This document shows, piece by piece, positions 9,831 through 19,015 of a stretch of 64,000 nucleotides of DNA (its first letter is position 1; each line of letters begins with the position of its first letter). This DNA comes from Desulfobacterales bacterium (GTDB taxonomy: Bacteria > Desulfobacterota > Desulfobacteria > Desulfobacterales > JAHEIW01). The stretch is taken from NCBI GenBank assembly GCA_020353355.1, contig CP070694.1:3801822-3865821 (forward strand), written 5' to 3'. The position numbers and the translations under genes were made by a program. The notes under the pieces are model-generated. The model worked only from the letters and a program-made list of their open reading frames with translations, did no database searches and was not told the origin of the DNA.

Positions 9831-10793
9831 TTAGATTTTAAAGCATGCCACATAATGCTCTTTTCGAATTTCGTGTAAATCTGGTTGGGCGTGCCTGCAG
9901 CCCCGGTCTGCAATGGAACACTGGTCGGCATAGAGGCAGCAGTCTGATGGCCGGGATGGCAGTTTCTCTCTGACAGCTCCGATATTTCCGTTTGCTGTCG
10001 GCCCGTCGATTGCCTGTTTACCAGGAACCGATGAGAAAAGCTTCATCGTATACGGATGACATGGATTGGCCATCATCTCGTCTGCCGAAGCCAGTTCCAC
10101 TAATTTTCCATTGTACATCACGCCAATCTGATCGCTGACATAAGCCACCAGGTTAAGATCATGGGAAATAAATAAATAGGTCAGTGAGAGCTCTTGTTTA
10201 AGATCCAGCAGCAGATTGATGATTTGGGCCTGAATCGAAACATCCAGATTGGATACCGGCTCATCCAGGGCTAGAAAATCCGGCTCCATGGTCAGCGCCC
10301 TGGCAACCACAATGCGTTGTTTTTGTCCGCCGGAAAATTCATGCGGATAACGCCCTCGCAGGGCCGGGGCAATGCCTACCAGATCAAGCAGCTTTTCGAT
10401 CCGTGCGGTTCTTGCTTTGGCTGTCACACCGCGATTAATAAGCCCTTCGGCAAGGCTTTCTTCAATCCGCATTTTAGGATTCAGTGCACTGTTAGGATCT
10501 TGAAAAACAATCTGCATTCGTTTTCTGAAGGTACGTATTTCATTTACGGAAAGACCGCCAAGCAATGTCCCATCAAACCAAACTTCACCGGATGTTGGTG
10601 GATCCAGATAGAGTATGGCCCGAGCCAGTGTAGATTTGCCACATCCGGATTCGCCCACCAGACCAAACACGGTATTACGATGGATTCCTAAACTGACATT
10701 GTCAACAGCCCGCACCGCCAAGCGGTTGCGGTCGAAGAACCCATGTCCGAAATACAGTTTAACCAGATTTTTTATTTCGATGAATCGATCCAT
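9831..10793 (-). CDS. ABC transporter ATP-binding protein, OppF/DppF type
   Basis: Walker A GESGCGKST, signature FSGGQKQR, Walker B LALDEP. The C-terminal oligopeptide-ATPase extension contains Cys residues. Confidence 0.9.
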   Translation of the reverse strand: MDRFIEIKNLVKLYFGHGFFDRNRLAVRAVDNVSLGIHRNTVFGLVGESGCGKSTLARAILYLDPPTSGEVWFDGTLLGGLSVNEIRTFRKRMQIVFQDPNSALNPKMRIEESLAEGLINRGVTAKARTARIEKLLDLVGIAPALRGRYPHEFSGGQKQRIVVARALTMEPDFLALDEPVSNLDVSIQAQIINLLLDLKQELSLTYLFISHDLNLVAYVSDQIGVMYNGKLVELASADEMMANPCHPYTMKLFSSVPGKQAIDGPTANGNIGAVREKLPSRPSDCCLYADQCSIADRGCRHAQPDLHEIRKEHYVACFKI

Positions 10794-11770
10794 TTCTTTC
10801 CGACAAAGTGACAGGCGGCAAAATGACCGCTGTCGTAGTCTATGCTGGCCGGGATCTCACCATGGCAGATATCCTCGGCTAGAGGACACCGCGGGTGAAA
10901 ACTGCATCCCGCAGGGATATGCTCCGCATCGGGCACCGTGCCTGGAATCACTCGCAAGCGTGTTCCCCGCTTGGCGGCGTCCGGTATCGATAGCAAGAGC
11001 AATTTCGTATAGGGGTGCAGCGGGTTTTCGAATAATTGGTTTTTTGTCGCTGATTCGACGATCTTGCCGGCATAGATCACGGAAATTTTATCGGATATCT
11101 CATTGACGACGCCCAGATCGTGGGAAATGAACAAAATTCCCATAGTGAATTTCCGCTTAAGCCGGTGAATCAGGCGCAGTATCTGGAGTTGAAGCGTAAC
11201 ATCCAGCGCAGTCGTCGGCTCATCGGCGATCAGCAACGCCGGATGGCAGCAGATCGCCATGGCAATCATGGCCCGCTGCTTCATTCCGCCGGATAGTTCA
11301 TGGGGATAGCTGCCGAGAACCCGTTTGTTTTTTCCAAGGCCCACCAGGTGTAAAAACTCTAATGCCTGTTGAGTCGCTGCTTTCCGATCTGTTTGAAAAT
11401 GGGTCATCAGCGTCTCGGCAATTTGTTCGCCGATTTTATAGGCAGGGTTCAGATATTTGGCAGGCTCCTGAAAAATCATACCGATTTCTTTTCCGCGCAA
11501 AATGCGTTTTTCGGATTCAGTGAGCATCAGCAGATTTTTGCCCTGGAATAAAATCTCACCCTGGTTTATTTTCCCGGGAGGGATGGGCAACAGGCCCATG
11601 ATAGCCATCGAGGTAACCGTTTTGCCGGAACCGGATTCACCCACCAATGCATGGGTTTCACCAGAAGATAGTAAGAAATCTACTCCGCGCAGCGCACGGG
11701 CAAGACCCTGCTCCTGCTCAAAGCTAACATCCAGGTTTTTTATCTCTAACAACCGACTCAAGCCAGGCAC
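10772..11770 (-). CDS. ABC transporter ATP-binding protein, OppD/DppD type
   Basis: Walker A GESGSGKT, signature LSGGMKQR, Walker B LIADEP, and a C-terminal HPYT motif. It overlaps the next ATPase gene by 22 nt. Confidence 0.9.
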   Translation of the reverse strand: MPGLSRLLEIKNLDVSFEQEQGLARALRGVDFLLSSGETHALVGESGSGKTVTSMAIMGLLPIPPGKINQGEILFQGKNLLMLTESEKRILRGKEIGMIFQEPAKYLNPAYKIGEQIAETLMTHFQTDRKAATQQALEFLHLVGLGKNKRVLGSYPHELSGGMKQRAMIAMAICCHPALLIADEPTTALDVTLQLQILRLIHRLKRKFTMGILFISHDLGVVNEISDKISVIYAGKIVESATKNQLFENPLHPYTKLLLLSIPDAAKRGTRLRVIPGTVPDAEHIPAGCSFHPRCPLAEDICHGEIPASIDYDSGHFAACHFVGKKWIDSSK

Positions 11771-11793
11771 CTTCTAAAATTAAGCAACGCATT

Positions 11794-12717
11794 CTAGCTA
11801 ATTCTGATTCTCGGATTTAAGACACTGTACAAAATATCTACCGTAAAATTAATAAACGAAAAAATAAACGCCACAAAGACCACCCCGCCCTGGATCAAAG
11901 GAAAATCTCGCTGATACACACCAAATAGAAAAAGACGCCCCAAACCCGGCAACGAAAAAACCTGTTCGATGATAATTGCACCTCCCAGCATATACCCCAG
12001 CTGGATACCGGCTATGGTGATAACGGGCAACAATGCGTTTTTAAGAGCATGTTTGTAATTTACCATCCGCTCCGTCAGGCCTTTAGATCTGGCCGCAACA
12101 ACATATTCCTTGCTCAGCTCTTCTATCATGGCGGCCCGCGTTAGACGCAATAACACCGCTGCTCTGGCGATGCCCAGAGAGATGGCAGGCAGAACGAGAT
12201 GTTTGAGCGTACCGCCACCAAACAGCGGAAACAGTTTGATTTTTACCGACAACAACAACAGCAGAATAATGCCCAGCCAGAAACTGGGTATGGCCATTCC
12301 AATTTGAGAAAAAATCATCCCCAAATAATCCCAGGCAGACCAGCGTTTAACAGCTGACACGACGCCGAGCGGGATGGCAATAAAAATGGAGATAACCAGA
12401 CCCATTAAAGCAAGGGTCAACGTCAAGGGAAGACGCTCCAGGATCAGCTGGGTAACCGGCTGTCCTGAAATCATCGACGTGTCAAAATCAAAGCGCATCA
12501 CTTTCCAGATCCAGTCAACATATTGCGTCAAAATGGGTTTATCGGTCCCAAGTTTGGCCCGAATTGCCTTTATATCCGATTCCGAGGCGTCGATTCCGGC
12601 AATCACCAAGGCCGGATCACCAGGAATGACCCGAATAACCAGAAAAACGATGGTGGATATAATCAGCACTGTTAAAATTAAGCGGCCGAATCTTCTGAGG
12701 GCGAAAAGTAAAATAAT
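11794..12717 (-). CDS. ABC transporter permease, OppB/DppB type; conserved N-terminus extends upstream of the first canonical start and points to an ATT start
   Basis: The track ORF starts at GTG 12669. The in-frame upstream codons encode I-I-L-L-F-A-L-R-R-F-G-R-L-I-L-T, the conserved DppB N-terminal helix. The frame is closed by TAA at 12742-12744. It contains no ATG, GTG or TTG, only ATT at 12715-12717 and ATT at 12712-12714, lying 4 and 7 nt after GAGAAAGGA. Confidence 0.75.
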   Translation of the reverse strand: MILLFALRRFGRLILTVLIISTIVFLVIRVIPGDPALVIAGIDASESDIKAIRAKLGTDKPILTQYVDWIWKVMRFDFDTSMISGQPVTQLILERLPLTLTLALMGLVISIFIAIPLGVVSAVKRWSAWDYLGMIFSQIGMAIPSFWLGIILLLLLSVKIKLFPLFGGGTLKHLVLPAISLGIARAAVLLRLTRAAMIEELSKEYVVAARSKGLTERMVNYKHALKNALLPVITIAGIQLGYMLGGAIIIEQVFSLPGLGRLFLFGVYQRDFPLIQGGVVFVAFIFSFINFTVDILYSVLNPRIRIS

Positions 12718-12756
12718 GTCGTCCTTTCTCGTTATTGAGTTTTAACTCAATTTGGT

Positions 12757-13488
12757 CTATAGTTCCCAGACCTTTCCGGTGGTGGCGAGCTCAACTCGGC
12801 CCTTGTATTTTTTGCGGGCCTGCTGCACTAGCCGGCGGTGATCTCCAAAATGAGGCAAATGGTTTAGTACTAAACGTTTAACGCCGGCGGCAGCGGCAAT
12901 GGCGCCCGCTTGCCCGGCGGTCAAATGGCCGGGGATCCTTCCTAAAAACTCGTCATATAAGCTCGACTCGCACATCAGCAAATCCGCATCACGAGCAATT
13001 GCAACAAGATTATCGGTCCATTCGGTATCGGTGATGTATACCAGGATCGTGCTGTCTTTTTCAATTCGCATGGACAAACATGGATCGGGGTGAACATTTC
13101 GACTGAACGTGAAATTGAGATCACCTATTGCTAATTTGCTGGTTGGGTTAATCCCTTGGGCTTGGGTGAATGTCAGATAATTCAATCTGGAGAAATGATC
13201 ATCCTCCCTGTGGCCATAAATCTGAAGCGGTTTTTGTCGTTTGCCTAAATCCATTAATACCCGGGTGGCATACTGTAAACATCCGATATCTGCGATATGA
13301 TCCCAATGATAATGGGATACCACCACCGCATCAAGATGTTCCAGTTCGATATAATTTTGCAAAAGCGTCAAGACTCCGGATCCACAATCAAGCAAAATGT
13401 TAGCCTGCTTTGATTGCAGCAGATATCCTGTGGTGGCCTCGTTGGCGCTCGGATAAGCACCCCACCAACCGATAGTAATTACTTTAAT
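12757..13488 (-). CDS. MBL-fold metallo-hydrolase (YhfI-like); apparent ATT start codon
   Basis: HYHWDH (HxHxDH) motif is present. The track ORF starts at TTG 13395, but 31 upstream in-frame codons encode IKVITIGWWGAYPSANEATTGYLLQSKQANI, the conserved N-terminal strand region. The frame is closed by TGA at 13504-13506. AGGAGG (13497-13502) is followed 8 nt later by ATT (13486-13488), where M-K-V is expected. Confidence 0.8.
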   Translation of the reverse strand: MKVITIGWWGAYPSANEATTGYLLQSKQANILLDCGSGVLTLLQNYIELEHLDAVVVSHYHWDHIADIGCLQYATRVLMDLGKRQKPLQIYGHREDDHFSRLNYLTFTQAQGINPTSKLAIGDLNFTFSRNVHPDPCLSMRIEKDSTILVYITDTEWTDNLVAIARDADLLMCESSLYDEFLGRIPGHLTAGQAGAIAAAAGVKRLVLNHLPHFGDHRRLVQQARKKYKGRVELATTGKVWEL

Positions 13489-13507
13489 TGGCTGGTCCTC
13501 CTTTCAA

Positions 13508-14209
13508 TCAACGTGTTTGCAAATCGAGGTATTCACGAATCTGCGAGATATGTGGAATAATGGGGCAATCATCTATCTCCTCGACTCCCAGTTTGCCAAA
13601 CCGATTGATGATTAGGGCTTGCATGCCTGCAGCCCGGCTTCCGATAGCATCGTCGTAATAATTATCGCCGACATAAACGCATTCTTTGGCGCTGACGCCT
13701 GCGCTATTAAGGGCTATTTTAAAAATTTTCGGATCCGGTTTTTTACACTTCACTTCAGAGGAAATGATGATGGGGTCAAAATATTCGATCAGCTCGGTGC
13801 CGTCTAAAATATCCCGGGCGGTGTCATCCCAGTTGGAAATGATCCCCAGTCCGACAGAATCGCGCTTTAATGCCGCCAGAACCTCGTGAACACCGTCAAA
13901 CGGCAACCAGTAATTTTCAACTTCTTTTTGGATTCCATGCCAGTGGGCATCAAGTTGACAAACATCCAGACTGATTCCGAGGCGATAATTCAGAATTCCC
14001 AAAAACCAGGGCATATAAACCCGTCTGGCTTTTAAAAATACACCGGGGTATTCTCTCATGAACAATTTATCCGTTAAATGGAATTCTCTCTCAAGGTCTT
14101 CAATTGAGACGTCGTGGCCAAATGCCCTCAGTGCTTCTTGATACGTCATTTCCCGCTGCATGTAAACCAGCGTGTAGCCCATGTCAAACCAGATAAACGA
14201 TACCTTCAA
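13508..14209 (-). CDS. HAD-superfamily hydrolase
   Basis: Motif I variant FDMGYTL, motif II ISNWD, and motif III K...GDNYYDD. It is the first gene of the minus-strand operon. Confidence 0.75.
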   Translation of the reverse strand: MKVSFIWFDMGYTLVYMQREMTYQEALRAFGHDVSIEDLEREFHLTDKLFMREYPGVFLKARRVYMPWFLGILNYRLGISLDVCQLDAHWHGIQKEVENYWLPFDGVHEVLAALKRDSVGLGIISNWDDTARDILDGTELIEYFDPIIISSEVKCKKPDPKIFKIALNSAGVSAKECVYVGDNYYDDAIGSRAAGMQALIINRFGKLGVEEIDDCPIIPHISQIREYLDLQTR

Positions 14210-14515
14210 CCTTTACCTCCTCATTGAAAATAACGCAGTGCATCCAGGTCGAGACATTTCATCTATCATTCGATGGCTGGATTTCCGATTTTCGTCTGCC
14301 AGTGATCGGGAGTTAGAATATATAACTTAGAGTCTGCGGCAGTTCAAGGATTAAGTAACCCAAGACCAACCGGCAGCTGTCTCAATCGGCATGCCTTTTG
14401 GGGTTCGATGATGGGGAATGGAAAAAGCAGTAAGGGTTTAATCCGTTAAAAGAGGAAATTCTCCGTCTCGGGCAAGCCAAGGGGCAAACCTGTTATGATA
14501 GGAATTCTGTTTTGA

Positions 14516-14911
14516 TCAATTTTGTTGCACGACGCGGGAGAGTGTTTCGGAAAGCTCTTTCATGCTAAACGGCTTCTGGATGAACCCGTTGCAGCGTTCC
14601 AAAATTTCGTTGGTTTTCCCGTCTCTGCCAAATCCGCTGGAAAGCACTATTTTAACGTCCGGATTGATTTCTCTGATTGCAGCTACGGTTTCACCACCAT
14701 CCAGATCCGGCATTACAATATCGAGAATAACGATATCAATCGTCTCACTGTCCTTTTGGAAGATACCAATTGCTTCCGTACCGCTTTCCGCCTGTATTAC
14801 ACTATAGCCTAATCGGCTGAGCATTTGAACTCCAATATCCAGAACCATTTCTTCGTCATCGACCAAAAGAACAGTATTCTTATTCCGAGTTGCTTTCTCG
14901 GCGGATTCCAT
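14516..14911 (-). CDS. Single-domain response regulator (CheY-like receiver)
   Basis: LLVDDEE, the phospho-acceptor context ILDIVMPDLDG, and KPF. There is no output domain. Confidence 0.9.
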   Translation of the reverse strand: MESAEKATRNKNTVLLVDDEEMVLDIGVQMLSRLGYSVIQAESGTEAIGIFQKDSETIDIVILDIVMPDLDGGETVAAIREINPDVKIVLSSGFGRDGKTNEILERCNGFIQKPFSMKELSETLSRVVQQN

Positions 14912-15032
14912 TTATTTATTTACCTCTATTGAAATTAATTTAATATTATACAGCATATTGCCGCAAATTATCAAACTTTATTTTTTAGAGGTTTTTATGC
15001 AATAAATCGAAAAATTTTTCGTCTTGATAAGA

Positions 15033-15578
15033 ATGAGTACCGAAACACAGCAGAAAAAAATATCCGAATTTCTCCGCATCGAACGCAAACGGCTGATGCG
15101 GTATGCCCAGAGACTCATTGAAGACACCGCCGAAAGGGATAGCGAAGACATCGTGCACGATGTGGCCTTGAATCTCTTCAAGCGAGCCGATGTAACCATA
15201 CCGATCGAAAACATATCCGCATATGTTTATCAGTCATTGCGCAACCGCATCGTTGATTTGTTGAGAAAAAGAAAGATCAATATGATTTCAATGGAAAGCG
15301 CGGTGTCCGATCGTCGTAAATTGTCACTGGCAGACCTCATTCATGATTACACCTATAATCCGGCATTGCATATTGAAAACAAAGAAGTCCGAGATCGAAT
15401 TTTCAAAGCAATTGCAGCGCTGAATGACAAATATAAGGCCATCGTTGTCGAGACAGAGTTTGAGGGCCGTTCCTATGCCGAGATATCGGAGGAATGGGGC
15501 ATTCCGGTTGGAACCCTGCTGGCACGAAAATCTCGTGCATTAAAAAAAATACGTGAAGCCCTTGGGGAGCTTAAATGA
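15033..15578 (+). CDS. ECF-type RNA polymerase sigma-70 family factor
   Basis: About 180 aa with region 2 (DIVHDVALNLFKR) and a region 4 helix-turn-helix (SYAEISEEWGIPVGTLLARKSRALKKIR). The ATG is at 15033 and the track start TTG is at 15024. Confidence 0.8.
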   Translation: MSTETQQKKISEFLRIERKRLMRYAQRLIEDTAERDSEDIVHDVALNLFKRADVTIPIENISAYVYQSLRNRIVDLLRKRKINMISMESAVSDRRKLSLADLIHDYTYNPALHIENKEVRDRIFKAIAALNDKYKAIVVETEFEGRSYAEISEEWGIPVGTLLARKSRALKKIREALGELK

Positions 15579-15596
15579 ATTTCGGGAGGCAAGATA

Positions 15597-16040
15597 ATGC
15601 AACGTAACCATATCGATAACCAAAACCCATCTTCTGGTCAGGCGGGAAGCAAGCTGCTTCATATTGCCTGTCATGTGGTGGTTGGATTGGCATTTACCGT
15701 GGTTTTTGCTCTGGTGTTCGCATTGCTGGTAAAATTCATCTGGAACAGCATCATGCCGGTGATCTTTGATTTGAAAACCATCACGTTTTGGCAGGCCTTT
15801 GGCATCGTTATTTTGGCCAAACTTATCTTCGGAGGATTTGGTCAACATACCCACGATCGCTGGAAAAGAGATCCCAGCGATTACTGGCACAAAAAACGGT
15901 ATCCGGCTGAAGATGAAATTTCTCCGCCAAGAAGATTCAGTAAGGATTGGAAATATTACAGGCAGTATTGGCAAGATGAGGGAAAAGCAGCATTTGAGGC
16001 TTATGTGGACAAAATTGGGAATAAAAAAGACGGGCAATGA
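15597..16040 (+). CDS. Small membrane protein downstream of the ECF sigma gene (possible anti-sigma partner, unproven)
   Basis: Two predicted TM helices and a charged, Trp/Tyr-rich C-terminus. It lies 18 nt after the sigma gene. No ZAS motif is present. Confidence 0.45.
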   Translation: MQRNHIDNQNPSSGQAGSKLLHIACHVVVGLAFTVVFALVFALLVKFIWNSIMPVIFDLKTITFWQAFGIVILAKLIFGGFGQHTHDRWKRDPSDYWHKKRYPAEDEISPPRRFSKDWKYYRQYWQDEGKAAFEAYVDKIGNKKDGQ

Positions 16041-16095
16041 TTTGTTGGCCAGTCCATCAGATTGCCCGTTTAGCCGGTTTCAATTGTCAAAGCAG

Positions 16096-17433
16096 TTAGC
16101 CTGTCAATTCCTGAAAATACAGCGATACCATCGTGCCGGCACCATCCTTGCTTTCGATATCAATCTTACCACCATGGGCTTCCATGATGGTTTTGCACAG
16201 GCTTAAACCCAGACCATACCCTCCGGTTTGCTTGGAACGCGATTTATCCACCCGGTAAAACGGTTCAAAAATAAAAGGCAGTTCTTCTTCCGGTATCCCA
16301 ATCCCATCGTCTTTGATACGAAGTATCACATAAGGTGGCTGTTTCTTGTGGGTAATCTGAACAGCTTTACTTTCTGGTTGCGAATATTTAAAAGCGTTAC
16401 TTAGCACGTTGTTCAAAACCGTCTTAATTTGCTCCTGATCTACTTCGGTTTCGATCGATGTGGGAAGATCGTTTACCTGGACTCCGGGAGCTTGGTTTTC
16501 AAATGCGGGCAATATCTCATGGAGAAGATCTACCAGATTGATTCTTTGTCGATTCAGCTTGCCATGGACATGATGCCGGCGCGCAGTTTCTAGAATTTCT
16601 GAAATCATCTTCTCCATTTCTTCGAGATCGTTGTCAATACTTTCTTTGGACGTCCCTTCCGGTAAAAATTCCAAAGCCACCTTCATGCGGGTGAGTGGTG
16701 AGCGCAACTCATGACTGACATCCAGCAGAAGCCGCTCTTTGGCCTTCAGCATTTCACGGATTCTGTCCGTCATAGCGTTGAAGGCTTCGGCCAAATCCCT
16801 GAATTCATCTGATTTTTTTAACGGCACGCGATGGTGCAGATTACCCTTGCTGACCTCTTGTACGCCCTCGTTCAGCCATTTTACAGGCTTTAATACTCTG
16901 CGCATGGAAAGGTAGGCAGCGCCCAAAATTACTACCAGAGCGGCAAATAATATCAAAAACGCCCAATCCTGGTCGTCTTCACCTTCAAAAGGTTTGGCGA
17001 ACTCAAAAATAATGCGTCCCTGCCCGTGGTTGACTTCAATCAGCGACCGGCCATGATATCTTCCGAAGCGGATATCGGGATTTTCTTTCCAAACATAAAA
17101 TCGCCTTCCGCTGATCAGCGGAGGATTTTCTGCTGTTGACCATTTCTGCTGCGGGCTTTCATAATGGATCTCGAGATATGTTTTCTTGGCAATTTCCCGC
17201 GCACGGATAAGATTTGGCGGATCACCCAAATCGGCGAGAAGATAGTCTAAATAATGGACAATATTCCGGTGAATGGCTTTTCCGGCCATATAGCGATGAG
17301 CCCAAAAGAATCCACCGACAACCAGATTGACGGCAATACCGGTGACAATAATAATCACCAACAATTTCGTAAATACGGATGTGATGATTTTATTGAACCA
17401 CCTAAGCCGCATCATCATCTCCGATAAAAACAT
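16096..17433 (-). CDS. Sensor histidine kinase (periplasmic loop, HAMP, HisKA, HATPase_c), CpxA/EnvZ-like
   Basis: H-box SHELRSPLT, then the N, D (DDGIGIP) and G (GGYGLGLS) boxes. Two TM helices flank a ~130-aa loop. It overlaps the upstream regulator gene. Confidence 0.9.
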   Translation of the reverse strand: MFLSEMMMRLRWFNKIITSVFTKLLVIIIVTGIAVNLVVGGFFWAHRYMAGKAIHRNIVHYLDYLLADLGDPPNLIRAREIAKKTYLEIHYESPQQKWSTAENPPLISGRRFYVWKENPDIRFGRYHGRSLIEVNHGQGRIIFEFAKPFEGEDDQDWAFLILFAALVVILGAAYLSMRRVLKPVKWLNEGVQEVSKGNLHHRVPLKKSDEFRDLAEAFNAMTDRIREMLKAKERLLLDVSHELRSPLTRMKVALEFLPEGTSKESIDNDLEEMEKMISEILETARRHHVHGKLNRQRINLVDLLHEILPAFENQAPGVQVNDLPTSIETEVDQEQIKTVLNNVLSNAFKYSQPESKAVQITHKKQPPYVILRIKDDGIGIPEEELPFIFEPFYRVDKSRSKQTGGYGLGLSLCKTIMEAHGGKIDIESKDGAGTMVSLYFQELTG

Positions 17434-18094
17434 ATCCGGCCCCCCACACCGTCTTGATAAATGTGGGGGACTTGGGGTTGTCCTTTAGTTTTTGACGCAG
17501 CCGACTCATGGTGATATCCACAGAACGATTAAACGCATCGCAGTCCATCCCTCTCAATTCCTGTAGAATCTGATCTCGATCCAGGACCTTACCGGAGTTT
17601 CTAACCAACAGCGCGAGCGCCACAAACTCGTTGGTGGTTAAATCGACAATCTCGCCATCCAACTTGACGATGTGTCTGGGAAAATCAATCTCCAGCCGGC
17701 CGAATGTTTGTGGCCGACGATCATCGACTTTTTGGGAGCGGCGCAGCACAGAATGAATGCGCGCGACCAATTCCCTGGGTTCAAAAGGTTTAGCGAGATA
17801 ATCATCGGCCCCTAATTCTAAACCAACCACCTTGTCCGTCAGCTCTCCTCTGGCCGTCAGCATAATAATCGGGACTGCATGCGTCTGCCGGATAGCTTTG
17901 CAGACTTCAAAACCATCCATATCCGGCAGCATGATATCCAGGATAACCAGATCGGGAGGCTTTTTCTTCAACAATTTTAGTCCATCCCTCGGGTGAGTCG
18001 CCGAAATGGTCTCAAAACCAAAATCGCTCAGAAAATCGTGCAAAAGCTGATTGAGCTTTTGATCGTCGTCGATGATGAGGAGGGTTGGTTTCAT
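17402..18094 (-). CDS. OmpR/PhoB-family DNA-binding response regulator (CpxR-like)
   Basis: Receiver domain (LIIDDD, ILDIMLPDMDG) plus a winged-helix output domain (TVWGAGYVF). Confidence 0.9.
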   Translation of the reverse strand: MKPTLLIIDDDQKLNQLLHDFLSDFGFETISATHPRDGLKLLKKKPPDLVILDIMLPDMDGFEVCKAIRQTHAVPIIMLTARGELTDKVVGLELGADDYLAKPFEPRELVARIHSVLRRSQKVDDRRPQTFGRLEIDFPRHIVKLDGEIVDLTTNEFVALALLVRNSGKVLDRDQILQELRGMDCDAFNRSVDITMSRLRQKLKDNPKSPTFIKTVWGAGYVFIGDDDAA

Positions 18095-18326
18095 TTTAGA
18101 TCTGAAAGTTTAATTTAAAGTAATTAAATCGTTGGTAAATTAAAACACGCAGATGGGAAGTTAATCAAGATAATAAATTCGAAGCTCGCCTGATCTTATA
18201 AAATTGGCCGAAATTCGAATTTCATATACTACGGCTCTCACTATAGCGCAATTATGCTCTTAAGTTTGATTAAACCGGTTGAGTAAGGCTTCCGCAAAAT
18301 TTGCGGAAGCCTGGCCAATCTACTTT

Positions 18327-18761
18327 CTATTCATGATGATGCCATTTGTGAAAATCCTCAAGTTTACTCACCAGCTTGGCTTTCTGTTCCGGAGTCAGGC
18401 TGCGGTGAAATTCGGAAAACTTCACCACCATGAGATCGATCAGTTCATCCATCTGGGCTCTGTGCTCGGCGATAATTGTTTTCACACGCGCCTGATCGAT
18501 TTCTTCGCCGCGCAGCTGGGCAACGATCTCATCGTGGTACTTGGCCTTGTTGGCATGCATTTGCTGGCCTTTTTCCATCAGTTCTTCTTTTATCTGGTTG
18601 AGCTGCTCCTGCTGTGCCTCCGTCAAATCAAGCACCTCGCTAACATAATCCACCGCAAATTCTACGCCCCGGCCATGACCATGGGGCCGACACCCTGCGA
18701 AAAGTCCAACACCGAATACCAGGCCGACCATTAAGGTTGTGGTTAATACTTTTTTTACCAT
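18327..18761 (-). CDS. Periplasmic Spy/CpxP/ZraP-family protein (LTxxQ repeats)
   Basis: Signal peptide, two LTxxQ motifs (LTEAQQ, LTPEQK), all-helical, C-terminal HHHE. AAGGAGG RBS is present. Confidence 0.8.
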   Translation of the reverse strand: MVKKVLTTTLMVGLVFGVGLFAGCRPHGHGRGVEFAVDYVSEVLDLTEAQQEQLNQIKEELMEKGQQMHANKAKYHDEIVAQLRGEEIDQARVKTIIAEHRAQMDELIDLMVVKFSEFHRSLTPEQKAKLVSKLEDFHKWHHHE

Positions 18762-18863
18762 GATTCCTCCTTTGTTAAAATAGGGTTTTTGTCAATTCAC
18801 TCCCATACTCCAGCCTTTGGTGTCGATTCTAATCATTTTCATAACGAAATGCTTTTCGCCAAC

Positions 18864-18888
18864 GTAACAGTTTGTAACAAATTGTATC
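18864..18888 (-). promoter_or_regulatory. Three direct repeats GTAAC/GTAAC/GTATC with exact 10-bp spacing (CpxR-box-like) upstream of the Spy/CpxP-like gene
   Basis: GTAAC at 18864 and 18874, GTATC at 18884. They lie 103-127 bp upstream of the ATG at 18761. The E. coli CpxR consensus is GTAAA-N5-GTAAA. Confidence 0.5.
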
Positions 18889-19015
18889 AGTCTAATACGA
18901 GTTCGAAACCGCCATTTATGGTGCATAGTAAAATAGCTGCTTAAACCTTTTAGGCGGCTGCCCGTGAGCTTTTCCACGCCGGCCTGGCCGATTTTCCAAA
19001 CTGGAGACCATCAGC

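Noticed and set aside
14210-14515. Heptamer array in the HAD-hydrolase upstream region
   Set aside because: Some 7-nt regularity is present (ttcgatg/gctggat/ttccgat/tttcgtc), but it is too short and irregular to separate from chance by eye.
15521-15540. Sigma-54 promoter (TGGCACG...)
   Set aside because: The GG element is present, but no TTGC/TGC element follows at the required 5-nt spacing. The site is also inside the sigma-factor coding region.
18279-18734. 151-aa plus-strand ORF
   Set aside because: It is antisense to the Spy/CpxP-like gene, which has a signal peptide, LTxxQ motifs and an RBS. It is a shadow ORF.
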